NCBI GenBank assembly: GCA_016188865.1
Contig: JACPGX010000002.1
Location: forward strand, 130,398-194,397
DNA: 64,000 nucleotides
Direction: 5' to 3'
Source of the DNA: Candidatus Nealsonbacteria bacterium
Lineage (GTDB): Bacteria; Patescibacteriota; Minisyncoccia; Minisyncoccales; MHMH01
Positions within the stretch are counted from its first letter, which is position 1; every line of letters begins with the position of its first letter. This document shows positions 24,532 through 32,466 of the stretch, one piece after another. The translations under genes were made by a program, and so were the position numbers. The notes below the pieces were generated by a model. It had not been told where the DNA came from. It did no database searches and worked only from the letters and a program-made list of their open reading frames with translations.

Positions 24532-25458
24532 TTATGCCTTACGTTCTAAAATTCCGAATCCATACGCAACCGCCTCGCATATAAAATTTTCCAATTGGCT
24601 GTGGTCGCCTTTGGTTTGCGCCTTATAAAGATAAGTATAATAAAGCTGTTTTTTTTCTTGGAGAATAACAGCCGGAGCAAGATTGGCTTCCAGAAGCATT
24701 GACTGCATAAGCAAGCGGCCAATACGGCCGTTACCGTCAGAAAAAGGATGAATTTGCTCGAATTGAGCGTGGATTTTAACCGATAAAGCGATTATATCAT
24801 CCGTAGTTTTAGCAGCTTCTTTAATAATGGCCGGCATAAGAACGGGGATTTTTAGATAATTGGCCGTCGGCAAATTAATACCGGTAATCCGTACGGCATG
24901 GCTGCGGTATAAGCCGGCGTCCGGTCTGATCCCGCTCATGAGAATAGCGTGGAGCTTTAATATCAAATTTTCATCTACAATGCCTCTCTCCAGCGCGTGA
25001 TTGAATAAATAATTTAGCGCTGTTTGGTGATTTTTAGCTTCCAGTTGTTCTGTTAAACTTTTGTCCGGCAAGGCGGCATTTTCAAAGAGAATAGCGGCCG
25101 TGTCCGGCTCAGTAAGTTTACTGCCCTCTATGCGATTGCTGTGGAAGGTGAGCTTTAGAATAAATTGGTCGCGGATATCAGGATTATTTAAAATTTCGGC
25201 AATAACGCTTTTGTGCTCCAACGACTTTTGGCGTAAAACTTCTTTTTTGGCATTAAGCTGTTCGGCCGGAATGATTTTTTGGCCAGTTACTTCCAGAAAT
25301 AATTCCTCAATAGCGGTTTGCATCTTGGGCCTGGGAGTAGATTTGCCGGTCCACCAGCTGTTGAATGCGGGAAAGGACACGCCGAGCTGTTCGGCTAATT
25401 TAGTCTGCGTAAGTCCTAACAATTTTTGGATAGTTTCGAGTTTTTGACGTAGGGTCAT
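24532..25458 (-). CDS. XRE-type HTH + Fic domain protein
   Basis: N-terminus LGLTQTKLAEQLGVSFPAFNSW (HTH); Fic motif HPFSDGNGRIGRLL. Confidence 0.85.
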   Translation of the reverse strand: MTLRQKLETIQKLLGLTQTKLAEQLGVSFPAFNSWWTGKSTPRPKMQTAIEELFLEVTGQKIIPAEQLNAKKEVLRQKSLEHKSVIAEILNNPDIRDQFILKLTFHSNRIEGSKLTEPDTAAILFENAALPDKSLTEQLEAKNHQTALNYLFNHALERGIVDENLILKLHAILMSGIRPDAGLYRSHAVRITGINLPTANYLKIPVLMPAIIKEAAKTTDDIIALSVKIHAQFEQIHPFSDGNGRIGRLLMQSMLLEANLAPAVILQEKKQLYYTYLYKAQTKGDHSQLENFICEAVAYGFGILERKA

Positions 25459-25467
25459 AATATTTAT

Positions 25468-25496
25468 ATTGTAGCAAACTTTATAAAGTTAGTCAA
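25468..25496 (-). promoter_or_regulatory. Sigma70-type promoter of the HTH-Fic gene (TTGACT-17-TACAAT)
   Basis: The minus strand reads TTGACTaactttataaagtttgcTACAAT. The spacer is occupied by a 14-bp palindrome. Confidence 0.6.
25477..25490. promoter_or_regulatory. Putative operator 1: perfect palindrome AACTTTATAAAGTT
   Basis: Sits exactly between the -35 and -10 elements of the HTH-Fic promoter. Confidence 0.55.
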
Positions 25497-25505
25497 AAAC
25501 AGCCG

Positions 25506-25519
25506 AACTTTATAAAGTT
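25506..25519. promoter_or_regulatory. Putative operator 2: identical palindrome AACTTTATAAAGTT
   Basis: Second exact copy, 29 bp centre-to-centre from operator 1. Confidence 0.55.
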
Positions 25520-25540
25520 AGGCAGTTACTGGTTTGTCTT

Positions 25541-25561
25541 GTTAGACATTGAATGTCTAAC
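25541..25561. repeat. 21-bp perfect palindrome GTTAGACATTGAATGTCTAAC (copy 1)
   Basis: An identical copy lies at 53069-53089. Both are located just 3' of a minus-strand tRNA. Confidence 0.85.
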
Positions 25562-25583
25562 GTTAATTCGTGAAACTTTTTTA

Positions 25584-25656
25584 TGCCCCCGGCAAGAGTC
25601 GAACTTGCAATCTTCTGCTTCGAAGGCAGACATGTTATCCATTACACCACGGGGAC
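25584..25656 (-). tRNA. tRNA-Arg (anticodon TCG)
   Basis: GTCCCCG TG GTGT AATGGATA ACAT G TCTGC CTTCGAA GCAGA AGAT TGCAAG-TTCGACT-CTTGC CGGGGGC A. T-arm boundaries are approximate. Confidence 0.85.
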
Positions 25657-25669
25657 GTCTTTTTATATT

Positions 25670-26608
25670 TTATCTCTTTCTTTCCCTTCCCTCCAAATAT
25701 CTTTTTAGCGCTTCTTTAGAGACTACCCAAATTCTACCTTCCTTATGAGCCTCTAATTTGCCGGTTCGGGCAAGAAGATTTAAATATTTAGGAGAATATT
25801 TAGTGCCCCTACTCAATTCTTCCAGTGATATAAATTTTTCTCTCGGTTTACCAGGAGTTAATACTTTAAGGTAAATATCAAGGGATCTTTCTACAGATTG
25901 GAAAATAAAACGGACAAAAGGTGTGGAGTCTTTTTTGTCGGCTTGAGCCAATGTATGATAGTATTTTTTTCTGTCATTTTTCAAGATAACAGAAAGAGGA
26001 TAGCCAGCCCTCATTAGTATGACATTCATTATTAATCTTGCAGTTCGGCCATTTCCGTCAAAGAAGGGGTGGATAGCCGTTATCTTGTGGTGGATAATTG
26101 CGGCTAGTTCAACCGGGTGGAGCTTTTTTTGATTTTTTCCGATCCATTTGATTAAATTTTCCATTAATTTTGGCACTTCAATGGCTTCAGGCGGTTTATG
26201 GTCGGCTCCGCCGATTAATACCGCGCTGTTTCTATATTTTCCGGCCCATTCTCTGTCAATATCTTGAGTCACTATTTGGTGGAATAACCTAATCAATCTT
26301 TCAGAGATTGTGTTTCGCTTATCTTTAGATACCGACTCGTATAAATAATCTAATGCTTCCTTATGGCTTTTTGCCTCAAGATGGTCTTTGAGGGGCTTGC
26401 CTTTTATTGTAATACCTTCATTAATAACTAAGTAGGTTTCTTTTAAAGTCAAACTGTTGCCCTCAATGGCATTGGAGTTATAGGTCATTTCTATCTCAAA
26501 CTGCTCCCGTATTTTTCTTACGGCAGATTCCGGCAATGGTCTGTACGAATTTAGAATTTTTAACTTTTCGTTTAGCCTCCCTCCTATTTTTTCTTCTAGG
26601 TAATGCAT
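25670..26608 (-). CDS. Fic domain protein with a C-terminal excisionase/MerR-like HTH
   Basis: Fic motif HPFFDGNGRTARLIMN. C-terminus ISLEELSRGTKYSPKYLNLLARTGKLEAHKEGRIWVVSKEAL. Confidence 0.85.
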   Translation of the reverse strand: MHYLEEKIGGRLNEKLKILNSYRPLPESAVRKIREQFEIEMTYNSNAIEGNSLTLKETYLVINEGITIKGKPLKDHLEAKSHKEALDYLYESVSKDKRNTISERLIRLFHQIVTQDIDREWAGKYRNSAVLIGGADHKPPEAIEVPKLMENLIKWIGKNQKKLHPVELAAIIHHKITAIHPFFDGNGRTARLIMNVILMRAGYPLSVILKNDRKKYYHTLAQADKKDSTPFVRFIFQSVERSLDIYLKVLTPGKPREKFISLEELSRGTKYSPKYLNLLARTGKLEAHKEGRIWVVSKEALKRYLEGRERKR

Positions 26609-26676
26609 GATCGCTTAATATGGTTTATCTATATTTTCATTGTACACCATATTAAAACAAAAAGCAACACAACCGA

Positions 26677-26705
26677 TTGAAAAAATCAAATTTTTGTGGT
26701 AGAAT
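26677..26705 (+). promoter_or_regulatory. Promoter of cca (TTGAAA-17-TGgTAGAAT)
   Basis: ttgaaaaaatcaaatttttgtggtagaat. Only 13 nt lie between the -10 and the ATG, and there is no SD. Confidence 0.55.
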
Positions 26706-26718
26706 TTAGTCAGTTATT

Positions 26719-28194
26719 ATGGTTATCCCAAAAGAAGTAAAATCCGTCATAGCAAAACTCAAAAAGAAAGGATATGAGGCATATATTGTCGGCGGCTGCG
26801 TCCGCGATTTTTTGCGTGGCGTAGAACCTAAAGATTGGGATATAACTACCAATGCCAAGCCGGAAGAAATCCGCAAGACCTTTGCTAGGAGTTTTTACGA
26901 GAACAAATTTTTAACCGTTACCGTTCAAACGGCTAGTAAAGACCCCACACTTAAGGAAATCGAGGTCACTACCTATCGATCAGAGGCAAAATATACAGAT
27001 AAAAGGCACCCAGACGAAGTGAAATATGCTAAAACCCTAGAAGAAGACTTGGCGAGGAGGGATTTTACGGTGAATGCGATGGCCGTGGGTTTAACACCCG
27101 GTGTTGCACGTGAAACACCGGGTGTTGAGGACCCGTTCGGCGGACAGAAAGACTTAGAAACTAAGTTCCTAAGAACGGTGGGCGAGCCGGAAGAGAGGTT
27201 TGGCGAAGACGCTCTGCGGATGATGAGAGCGGTAAGGTTTGCCGTCACCTTAGGCGAAGATTGGCAGATTGAGCCAAAAACAGCTGAAGCTATAAAGAAA
27301 AATGCCCCATGGCTTCAGGCGATTTCCCACGAGAGAGTTAGAGACGAACTATTGAAAATCATTATGTCGGAAAGGGCGATGGAGGGTATTAGCCTTTTAA
27401 GGGAGCTGACTTTACTAAAGTATATTATTCCGGAGCTTGAGGAGGGTTATGGGGTGGGGCAAAATAAACACCATATTTACAACTGCTACGAACATTCTTT
27501 GCTTTCTTTAAAATACGCTGCTCAAAAAGGGTTTAACATGGAAGTGAGATTATCTGCCCTGCTTCATGATGTGGGTAAGCCAAGAGCAAAGCGAGGCGAG
27601 GGTCAAGATTCCACTTTTTACAATCATGAAGTAATTGGCGCTAGAATGACAGCAGGTATTTTAAACCGTTTAAAATTTCCGACTAAAGAGATTGAGAAAA
27701 TAACAAAGCTGGTAAGATATCACCTTTTCTATTATAATGTGGATGAAGTGGGAGATTCTTCTGTCAGGAGGCTGGTCAGGCAGGTGGGGCCGGAAAACAT
27801 GGAAGAACTTTTGCAGGTAAGGATGTCTGACAGAATCGGCTCGGGCGTGCCTAAGGCCGAGCCGTATAAATTGCGACATTTGAAATACGTAGTTGAGAAA
27901 GTCAGCAGAGATCCGATTTCTGCCAAAATGCTCAAAGCGGATGGGAACGATGTAATGAAGCAGCTGAAAATTGGGCCGGGGCCGAAAATAGGACAAATTT
28001 TGGATGTCTTATTGGGACATGTCCTAAATGACCCGAAGAATAACAAAAAAGAGTGGCTTGAAAAAGAAATTGCCAAATTAGGCAAATTGAGCGATAAAGA
28101 GCTCAAGGATTTAGCCGAAGAGGGCCGCAAAGAACGAGAAAAACTGGAAACAAAACGCGATCAAATGACAAAAAGTAAATATTGGGTAACGTAG
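26719..28194 (+). CDS. cca: CCA-adding enzyme / poly(A) polymerase family with an HD domain, carrying an in-frame palindromic insert
   Basis: GGCVRDFLRG..PKDWDITT, RDFTVNAMA, DPFGG, HD motif LLHDVGKP. Confidence 0.9.
   Translation: MVIPKEVKSVIAKLKKKGYEAYIVGGCVRDFLRGVEPKDWDITTNAKPEEIRKTFARSFYENKFLTVTVQTASKDPTLKEIEVTTYRSEAKYTDKRHPDEVKYAKTLEEDLARRDFTVNAMAVGLTPGVARETPGVEDPFGGQKDLETKFLRTVGEPEERFGEDALRMMRAVRFAVTLGEDWQIEPKTAEAIKKNAPWLQAISHERVRDELLKIIMSERAMEGISLLRELTLLKYIIPELEEGYGVGQNKHHIYNCYEHSLLSLKYAAQKGFNMEVRLSALLHDVGKPRAKRGEGQDSTFYNHEVIGARMTAGILNRLKFPTKEIEKITKLVRYHLFYYNVDEVGDSSVRRLVRQVGPENMEELLQVRMSDRIGSGVPKAEPYKLRHLKYVVEKVSRDPISAKMLKADGNDVMKQLKIGPGPKIGQILDVLLGHVLNDPKNNKKEWLEKEIAKLGKLSDKELKDLAEEGRKEREKLETKRDQMTKSKYWVT
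27093..27126. repeat. In-frame palindromic element, copy C (core only)
   Basis: AACACCCGGTGTT gcacgtga AACACCGGGTGTT, encoding TPGVARETPGV in the loop between NAMA and DPFGG. Confidence 0.85.
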
Positions 28195-28236
28195 TAAAAA
28201 TTCAAAATTCAAAAATCAAATCTAAAAATTTACGAA

Positions 28237-28307
28237 CGGGGTGTAGTGTAATGGTAGCACGAGTCCTTCGGGAGGATTTAGTTGGAGTTCGACCCTCCAC
28301 ACCCCGA
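28237..28307 (+). tRNA. tRNA-Pro (anticodon CGG)
   Basis: CGGGGTG TA GTGT AATGGTA GCAC G AGTCC TTCGGGA GGATT TAGT TGGAG TTCGACC CTCCA CACCCCG A. Confidence 0.9.
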
Positions 28308-28316
28308 CAATAAACT

Positions 28317-28344
28317 TTGACAAGATTGTTTAAATTGGTAGACT
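28317..28344 (+). promoter_or_regulatory. Promoter (TTGACA-16-TAGACT) upstream of 28366
   Basis: ttgacaagattgtttaaattggtagact, followed by SD GAGGAGG. Confidence 0.55.
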
Positions 28345-28365
28345 AATTGGATTGAGGAGGGTGAA

Positions 28366-28767
28366 ATGATATACAATATTGTCCGTCCAGATACGGTTAT
28401 AAAAGTGGCAATGGAAAAAATAAGCGAGAAGAAGCAAACAATGTTTCCCATTGTTCACGCCAAAACCGGAGTTTATTGCGGCTACGTAACTAGAGACGAT
28501 ATTAATAAGTATTGCGTGAAATTTTACGGTGTCAGCGAAGAATCAATTACGATGATAGATGTCTTGTTTTGGGTGTTGGGAAAGCTTGGCCAGCCGAGGA
28601 ATATCAGCGTGTTTGAAGATACTTCGCAGACATTGTGTATCAAGATTATGCTTGTGAGCGGACTGCAATTTATACCAGTAATTGATTACGACGGCACCTA
28701 TCTTGGGACAATCGATGCGGAAGGGTTGAGAGAATTAACAGAATTTATTATAAAAAAACTAGAATAA
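28366..28767 (+). CDS. Small CBS-pair-like protein (tentative)
   Basis: 133 aa with two halves showing CBS-like patterns (FPIVHAKTGVYCGYVTRDDI / FIPVIDYDGTYLGTIDAEGL). Confidence 0.5.
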   Translation: MIYNIVRPDTVIKVAMEKISEKKQTMFPIVHAKTGVYCGYVTRDDINKYCVKFYGVSEESITMIDVLFWVLGKLGQPRNISVFEDTSQTLCIKIMLVSGLQFIPVIDYDGTYLGTIDAEGLRELTEFIIKKLE

Positions 28768-28832
28768 TAAAAGGGCGCTATTCTTTGAGGGTGGCGCTTT
28801 TTATAATGTTATTTATAATATATAATATATCA

Positions 28833-30263
28833 ATGATAAGCACGTGCCGGCAAAAAGGGCAAATTCAAATCGTTGTATTAGTAGTAGCTGTTTTAGTGAT
28901 TGCCGGAATTTATTTCGGGGCTCGTTTTTTTGGCAAATCTGACGGAGAACAAATTGGCAAAGAGAAAATAATCGAGAATTCAAATGATGATGTCCCGCCT
29001 CTGCGCACCAATCTTTTGCCGTCAGGCGTCCTTTCTTTGAATACTTCTAAAACTACCCTTACCCTGGTCACCGACGAGCCGGCCTATTGCCGTTATTCTA
29101 GCGAACCCGATCAAGCCTATATTAATATGTCAAAGGGGTTTGGGCCTGATAAAAATAAAACATCTCACAGCGTAAACGCCAGTGGTCTTGAAAACGGTAA
29201 GGTTTACAAATACCATGTCCGCTGCCAAGATATGGCAGGCAACAGGAATACCGAAGATGCTTTGATTGAGTTTAGCGTGGGGTCAGCTGTTTCACGTGAA
29301 ACAGCCGTTCTTTCTGCGCCGTTGCCGAGCGAAGCGCCGCCCACGCGGAGCAATCTCCTGCCCTCGGGCACTCTCTCCAGCGGTACCACTAAGACTACGA
29401 TTGGCCTCATCACCAATGAATCAGCTTATTGCCGTTATGCCAGCCAATCGCAGCCATACATTAATATGTCCAAGGGGTTTTCATCTGATAAAGATAAATT
29501 ACAGCACACAGCCACTGTTTCCGGACTGGCGGATAATAAAATTTACGAATATTATGTGCGCTGCCGCGATGTTAAGGGCAATGAGAATGACGATGATGCG
29601 ATAATCCGCTTTGGCATTGGCGGAGCTTCTGTCAATCAAACTCCTTTGGGGGCAGATGCCACGCCTCCCAATCGTTTTAGCGCTTCCCCAAGCGGCAGTT
29701 TGCCGGTAAGCACTCGCCAGACAAACATTAAACTTCAAACTGATGAAAAAGCCATTTGCAGATATAGCGAGACTGCCGGACTTGGCTATGATTCTATGAA
29801 GAATTTTTCTAATACTAATTCAACTTCTCATTTAGCGGAGATATTGGGATTGGATGAGGGCGGTTCTTATAAATTTTATGTGCGGTGCGCTGACCAGTAT
29901 GGCAATAAAAACACCAACGATTTCATTATTTCGTTCAAGGTAGAGACGGCAGAAGATGAAATCCCGCCTATTTTATCAAATCCTTCCCATAATGGAAATA
30001 TTTTGCCTTCCGGCACTGCCCAAGTTGTAATAAGCATCAGTACCAATGAGCCGTCTGCCTGCCGTTATTCTGCGAATGCAGGCACTGTTTACAATTCAAT
30101 GTCGGGAAGATTCTCTTATTATGACCAAACCCAAAAATTTCACACTAAAAGCGTTACCGGCCTGCAAAATGGCAGAGGATACGATTATTTTGTCCGCTGC
30201 CAAGACTTGGCAGGCAATGCAAACATCGGGGATGTTTTAATAAGTTTTAGCATAGCGCAGTAA
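28833..30263 (+). CDS. Membrane-anchored protein with four tandem ~100-aa repeats
   Basis: Repeat consensus is LPSG.LS..T..T.L.L.T.E.A.CRYS....Y..M...F......H...V.GL.....Y.Y.VRC.D..GN. Start chosen at MISTCRQ. Confidence 0.6.
   Translation: MISTCRQKGQIQIVVLVVAVLVIAGIYFGARFFGKSDGEQIGKEKIIENSNDDVPPLRTNLLPSGVLSLNTSKTTLTLVTDEPAYCRYSSEPDQAYINMSKGFGPDKNKTSHSVNASGLENGKVYKYHVRCQDMAGNRNTEDALIEFSVGSAVSRETAVLSAPLPSEAPPTRSNLLPSGTLSSGTTKTTIGLITNESAYCRYASQSQPYINMSKGFSSDKDKLQHTATVSGLADNKIYEYYVRCRDVKGNENDDDAIIRFGIGGASVNQTPLGADATPPNRFSASPSGSLPVSTRQTNIKLQTDEKAICRYSETAGLGYDSMKNFSNTNSTSHLAEILGLDEGGSYKFYVRCADQYGNKNTNDFIISFKVETAEDEIPPILSNPSHNGNILPSGTAQVVISISTNEPSACRYSANAGTVYNSMSGRFSYYDQTQKFHTKSVTGLQNGRGYDYFVRCQDLAGNANIGDVLISFSIAQ
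29286..29305. repeat. 20-bp perfect palindrome GCTGTTTCACGTGAAACAGC inside the CDS (encodes AVSRETAV)
   Basis: Read directly. It lies in the linker between repeat units 1 and 2 and shares GTTTCACGTGAAAC with 24496-24509. Confidence 0.8.
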
Positions 30264-30267
30264 TAAT

Positions 30268-30744
30268 ATGAAAATCCCTCATCAGCTTCAAAAATTAAGA
30301 AATATAGAAACAAGAATCAACAGAAACTTATTCCTAGTCTGTGCCGGCGTGACTTTAGCCGCCATGATCATGTCAATTCTGGAATTCTTTACCAGAGGCG
30401 CATTCCCGCCAGTTCAAATAGGATTTTTTTATATCGTGGTTTTAATTATTTATTCTTTGCATAAAGAAATAGTTAGGTGGCTTGGCGAAAGAAAGGTTGA
30501 AAGGCAGGGAGAATACTTTGTTTACGGCTGGGTAGTTATGGCAACCATTCTTTATTTAGTTAATTTTTTAAGCAAAAATTACTTCTCTTTTTCTGCTTTA
30601 GGGGAAAAAATGCCGGTCCTAAGAGATGTTTCCACGATTACCTTGGAAGTATTAGCTGTATTTATTTCCACTAGAATACTGAAATTGTTAAGAATTTTTT
30701 TGACTAAAAGAAAACTGCTAAAACATCTTAAAAATAACGAATAA
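30268..30744 (+). CDS. Hypothetical integral membrane protein
   Basis: 158 aa with four predicted hydrophobic helices. Confidence 0.5.
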   Translation: MKIPHQLQKLRNIETRINRNLFLVCAGVTLAAMIMSILEFFTRGAFPPVQIGFFYIVVLIIYSLHKEIVRWLGERKVERQGEYFVYGWVVMATILYLVNFLSKNYFSFSALGEKMPVLRDVSTITLEVLAVFISTRILKLLRIFLTKRKLLKHLKNNE

Positions 30745-30762
30745 TTAAAGATTTAAATCAAA

Positions 30763-31062
30763 ATGCGCATTGTTTTAAAATTTTCCGGAAATATGTATAA
30801 TCTAATGCGGCAGGCGGGCTATCATCCCCACGAAACCGGTGAGGAAAAATCCGGAGAGTCGTCATTCGCCCGCCGCCTTAGTATCGCGGATTACCCCAGA
30901 TTCCACGCTTATGTTGAGCTATCGGGGCAAGAACTGATAATTAATCTGCATCTTGATCAAAAAAAGCCGATTTACCGAGGAACTTCGGCTCACAGCGGAG
31001 AGTATGACGGTACTTTATTAGAAAAAGAAGCAGAGAGAATAAAGCAAATTGCGGGCCTGTAG
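30763..31062 (+). CDS. Hypothetical small protein
   Basis: 99-aa ORF. Its last 10 nt overlap the 5' end of tRNA-Ala. Confidence 0.45.
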   Translation: MRIVLKFSGNMYNLMRQAGYHPHETGEEKSGESSFARRLSIADYPRFHAYVELSGQELIINLHLDQKKPIYRGTSAHSGEYDGTLLEKEAERIKQIAGL

Positions 31063-31123
31063 TAAAGTGGCATTACGCGGCATTCGCATTGCCGAAGCGG
31101 GAGTTCGATTCTCCCCAGGTCCA
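31053..31123 (+). tRNA. tRNA-Ala (anticodon CGC)
   Basis: GGGCCTG TA GTAA AGTGGCA TTAC G CGGCA TTCGCAT TGCCG AAGC GGGAG TTCGATT CTCCC CAGGTCC A. The G3:U70 Ala identity pair is present. Confidence 0.9.
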
Positions 31124-31207
31124 CCGGCTATTGAAAACAAGAAGGTAATATGTAATAGTAAATTAATCAACAAGGTCGAAGTTTTATTAATAATAACAAA
31201 AAACATT

Positions 31208-31456
31208 ATGGCAAATTCCGCATTCATGAAGCCGTTGAAAGTTGATGAGGATTTAGCCGCAGTTGTCGGCAAGGGGCCAATGCCCAGAACGCAAGTCGTC
31301 AAAAAACTCTGGGTGTACATCAAGAAGAACGGCCTTCAAGACAAGAAGAACAGGCGCAACATCAATGCCGATGCAAACTTGAAAAAAGTTTTCGGCGGTA
31401 AAGCAACCGTCTCGATGTTCGAGATGACCAAGCTTGTTTCTAAGCATTTATCATAA
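31208..31456 (+). CDS. SWIB/MDM2 domain protein
   Basis: PLKVDEDLAAVVG...PRTQVVKKLWVYIKKNGLQD...R.I..D..L..VFG......FEM.KLVSKHL. Start set at MANSAF; the track's longer ORF overlaps the tRNA. Confidence 0.8.
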   Translation: MANSAFMKPLKVDEDLAAVVGKGPMPRTQVVKKLWVYIKKNGLQDKKNRRNINADANLKKVFGGKATVSMFEMTKLVSKHLS

Positions 31457-31593
31457 GGTTATTCGCGAATGACCTAATCTTAGCGGCCCGGCGCTATTAG
31501 CGCATAGGGCCGTTTAAGTTGGAGGATTGACGAAATTATTAAAACGAATAGACTAAATTTAGCAATTTTAAAAGACCAAAGGAGGAAAGAAGA

Positions 31594-32364
31594 TTGAGAA
31601 AGAGATTTTTGGCGTTGCTGTTAAGCATGATAAGCATGATATTGATAATTGCCTGCGCGCCCAGATTTGTTGAACCGCAAACTGTTTATATTAAAATGCC
31701 GGGCACAGAAAGAAAGCTTCAGGCAAAGGCCTATGCAGATAAACGCGCCTTGCAAAAATACAGATTGCTGAATTTTAAAGTAGAAATAACCAACACTTCC
31801 AGCCAAACATTAGAAAAAGCGGAACTAACTTTTTCCATTTATAATAAAGAGGGAGTTGTTGTTGAGAGGGGAGTGGACGGTCTATATTATTTATCGGCTG
31901 GCGATACTGCAACGGTAAATTCCTGGATAAGCAGCGCAGAATCTAACCAGAAAATCAGCAAATACGAATTCTCTTTTAAAGAAATGGAGTGGGGGTCCGA
32001 TTCAACGCCTTATTCTATAAATAATTTTCTGGAAAATCCCCTATCTCCGGGAGAAGTTTTAGCGGCTTATTTTCTTTTTACGGCGCAAATCAACTATGAG
32101 CGGATGAAAGATTTAGTTTCTTACGCTCTCCAAGGTCAATTGCCCGATAAGATTATTTGGGAAGTAGAAAATGCCAAACCCTTTGCGTCGGGTTTCGCAG
32201 ACATTCTGATTATGAGAGAATATATTCATGAGACATATGCAAAAGTCAATTTAGTTATTTATTACAAAGGAGGAGAGGAGACTTTGCCCGTTACCATGTA
32301 TCTTATTTTAGAGGATGGCATGTGGAAAATTGGCAAGCGTCTCGTCGCTGGGGCATTGTTTTAA
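31594..32364 (+). CDS. Putative lipoprotein
   Basis: TTG start after SD AAAGGAGG. Signal peptide with LIIAC lipobox. Confidence 0.55.
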   Translation: MRKRFLALLLSMISMILIIACAPRFVEPQTVYIKMPGTERKLQAKAYADKRALQKYRLLNFKVEITNTSSQTLEKAELTFSIYNKEGVVVERGVDGLYYLSAGDTATVNSWISSAESNQKISKYEFSFKEMEWGSDSTPYSINNFLENPLSPGEVLAAYFLFTAQINYERMKDLVSYALQGQLPDKIIWEVENAKPFASGFADILIMREYIHETYAKVNLVIYYKGGEETLPVTMYLILEDGMWKIGKRLVAGALF

Positions 32365-32390
32365 GACAGTGCCCTTTATTTTTTTATATT
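32349..32390 (+). terminator. Intrinsic terminator
   Basis: GGGCATTGttttaagaCAGTGCCC followed by tttattttttt. Confidence 0.65.
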
Positions 32391-32466
32391 GCTATTTGAC
32401 AGTATTTTCCCGAGGTGATACTTTTTTAAGATAAGCACTTTGAAAATAAAAATAGGAGATAGAGCG

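Noticed and set aside
25539-25748. 69-aa + ORF
   Set aside because: It runs across tRNA-Arg(TCG) and into the antisense strand of the Fic gene.
31049-31207. N-terminal extension of the SWIB ORF (track start 31049)
   Set aside because: The extension is the tRNA-Ala gene read as protein. The SWIB homology begins only after the internal ATG at 31208.
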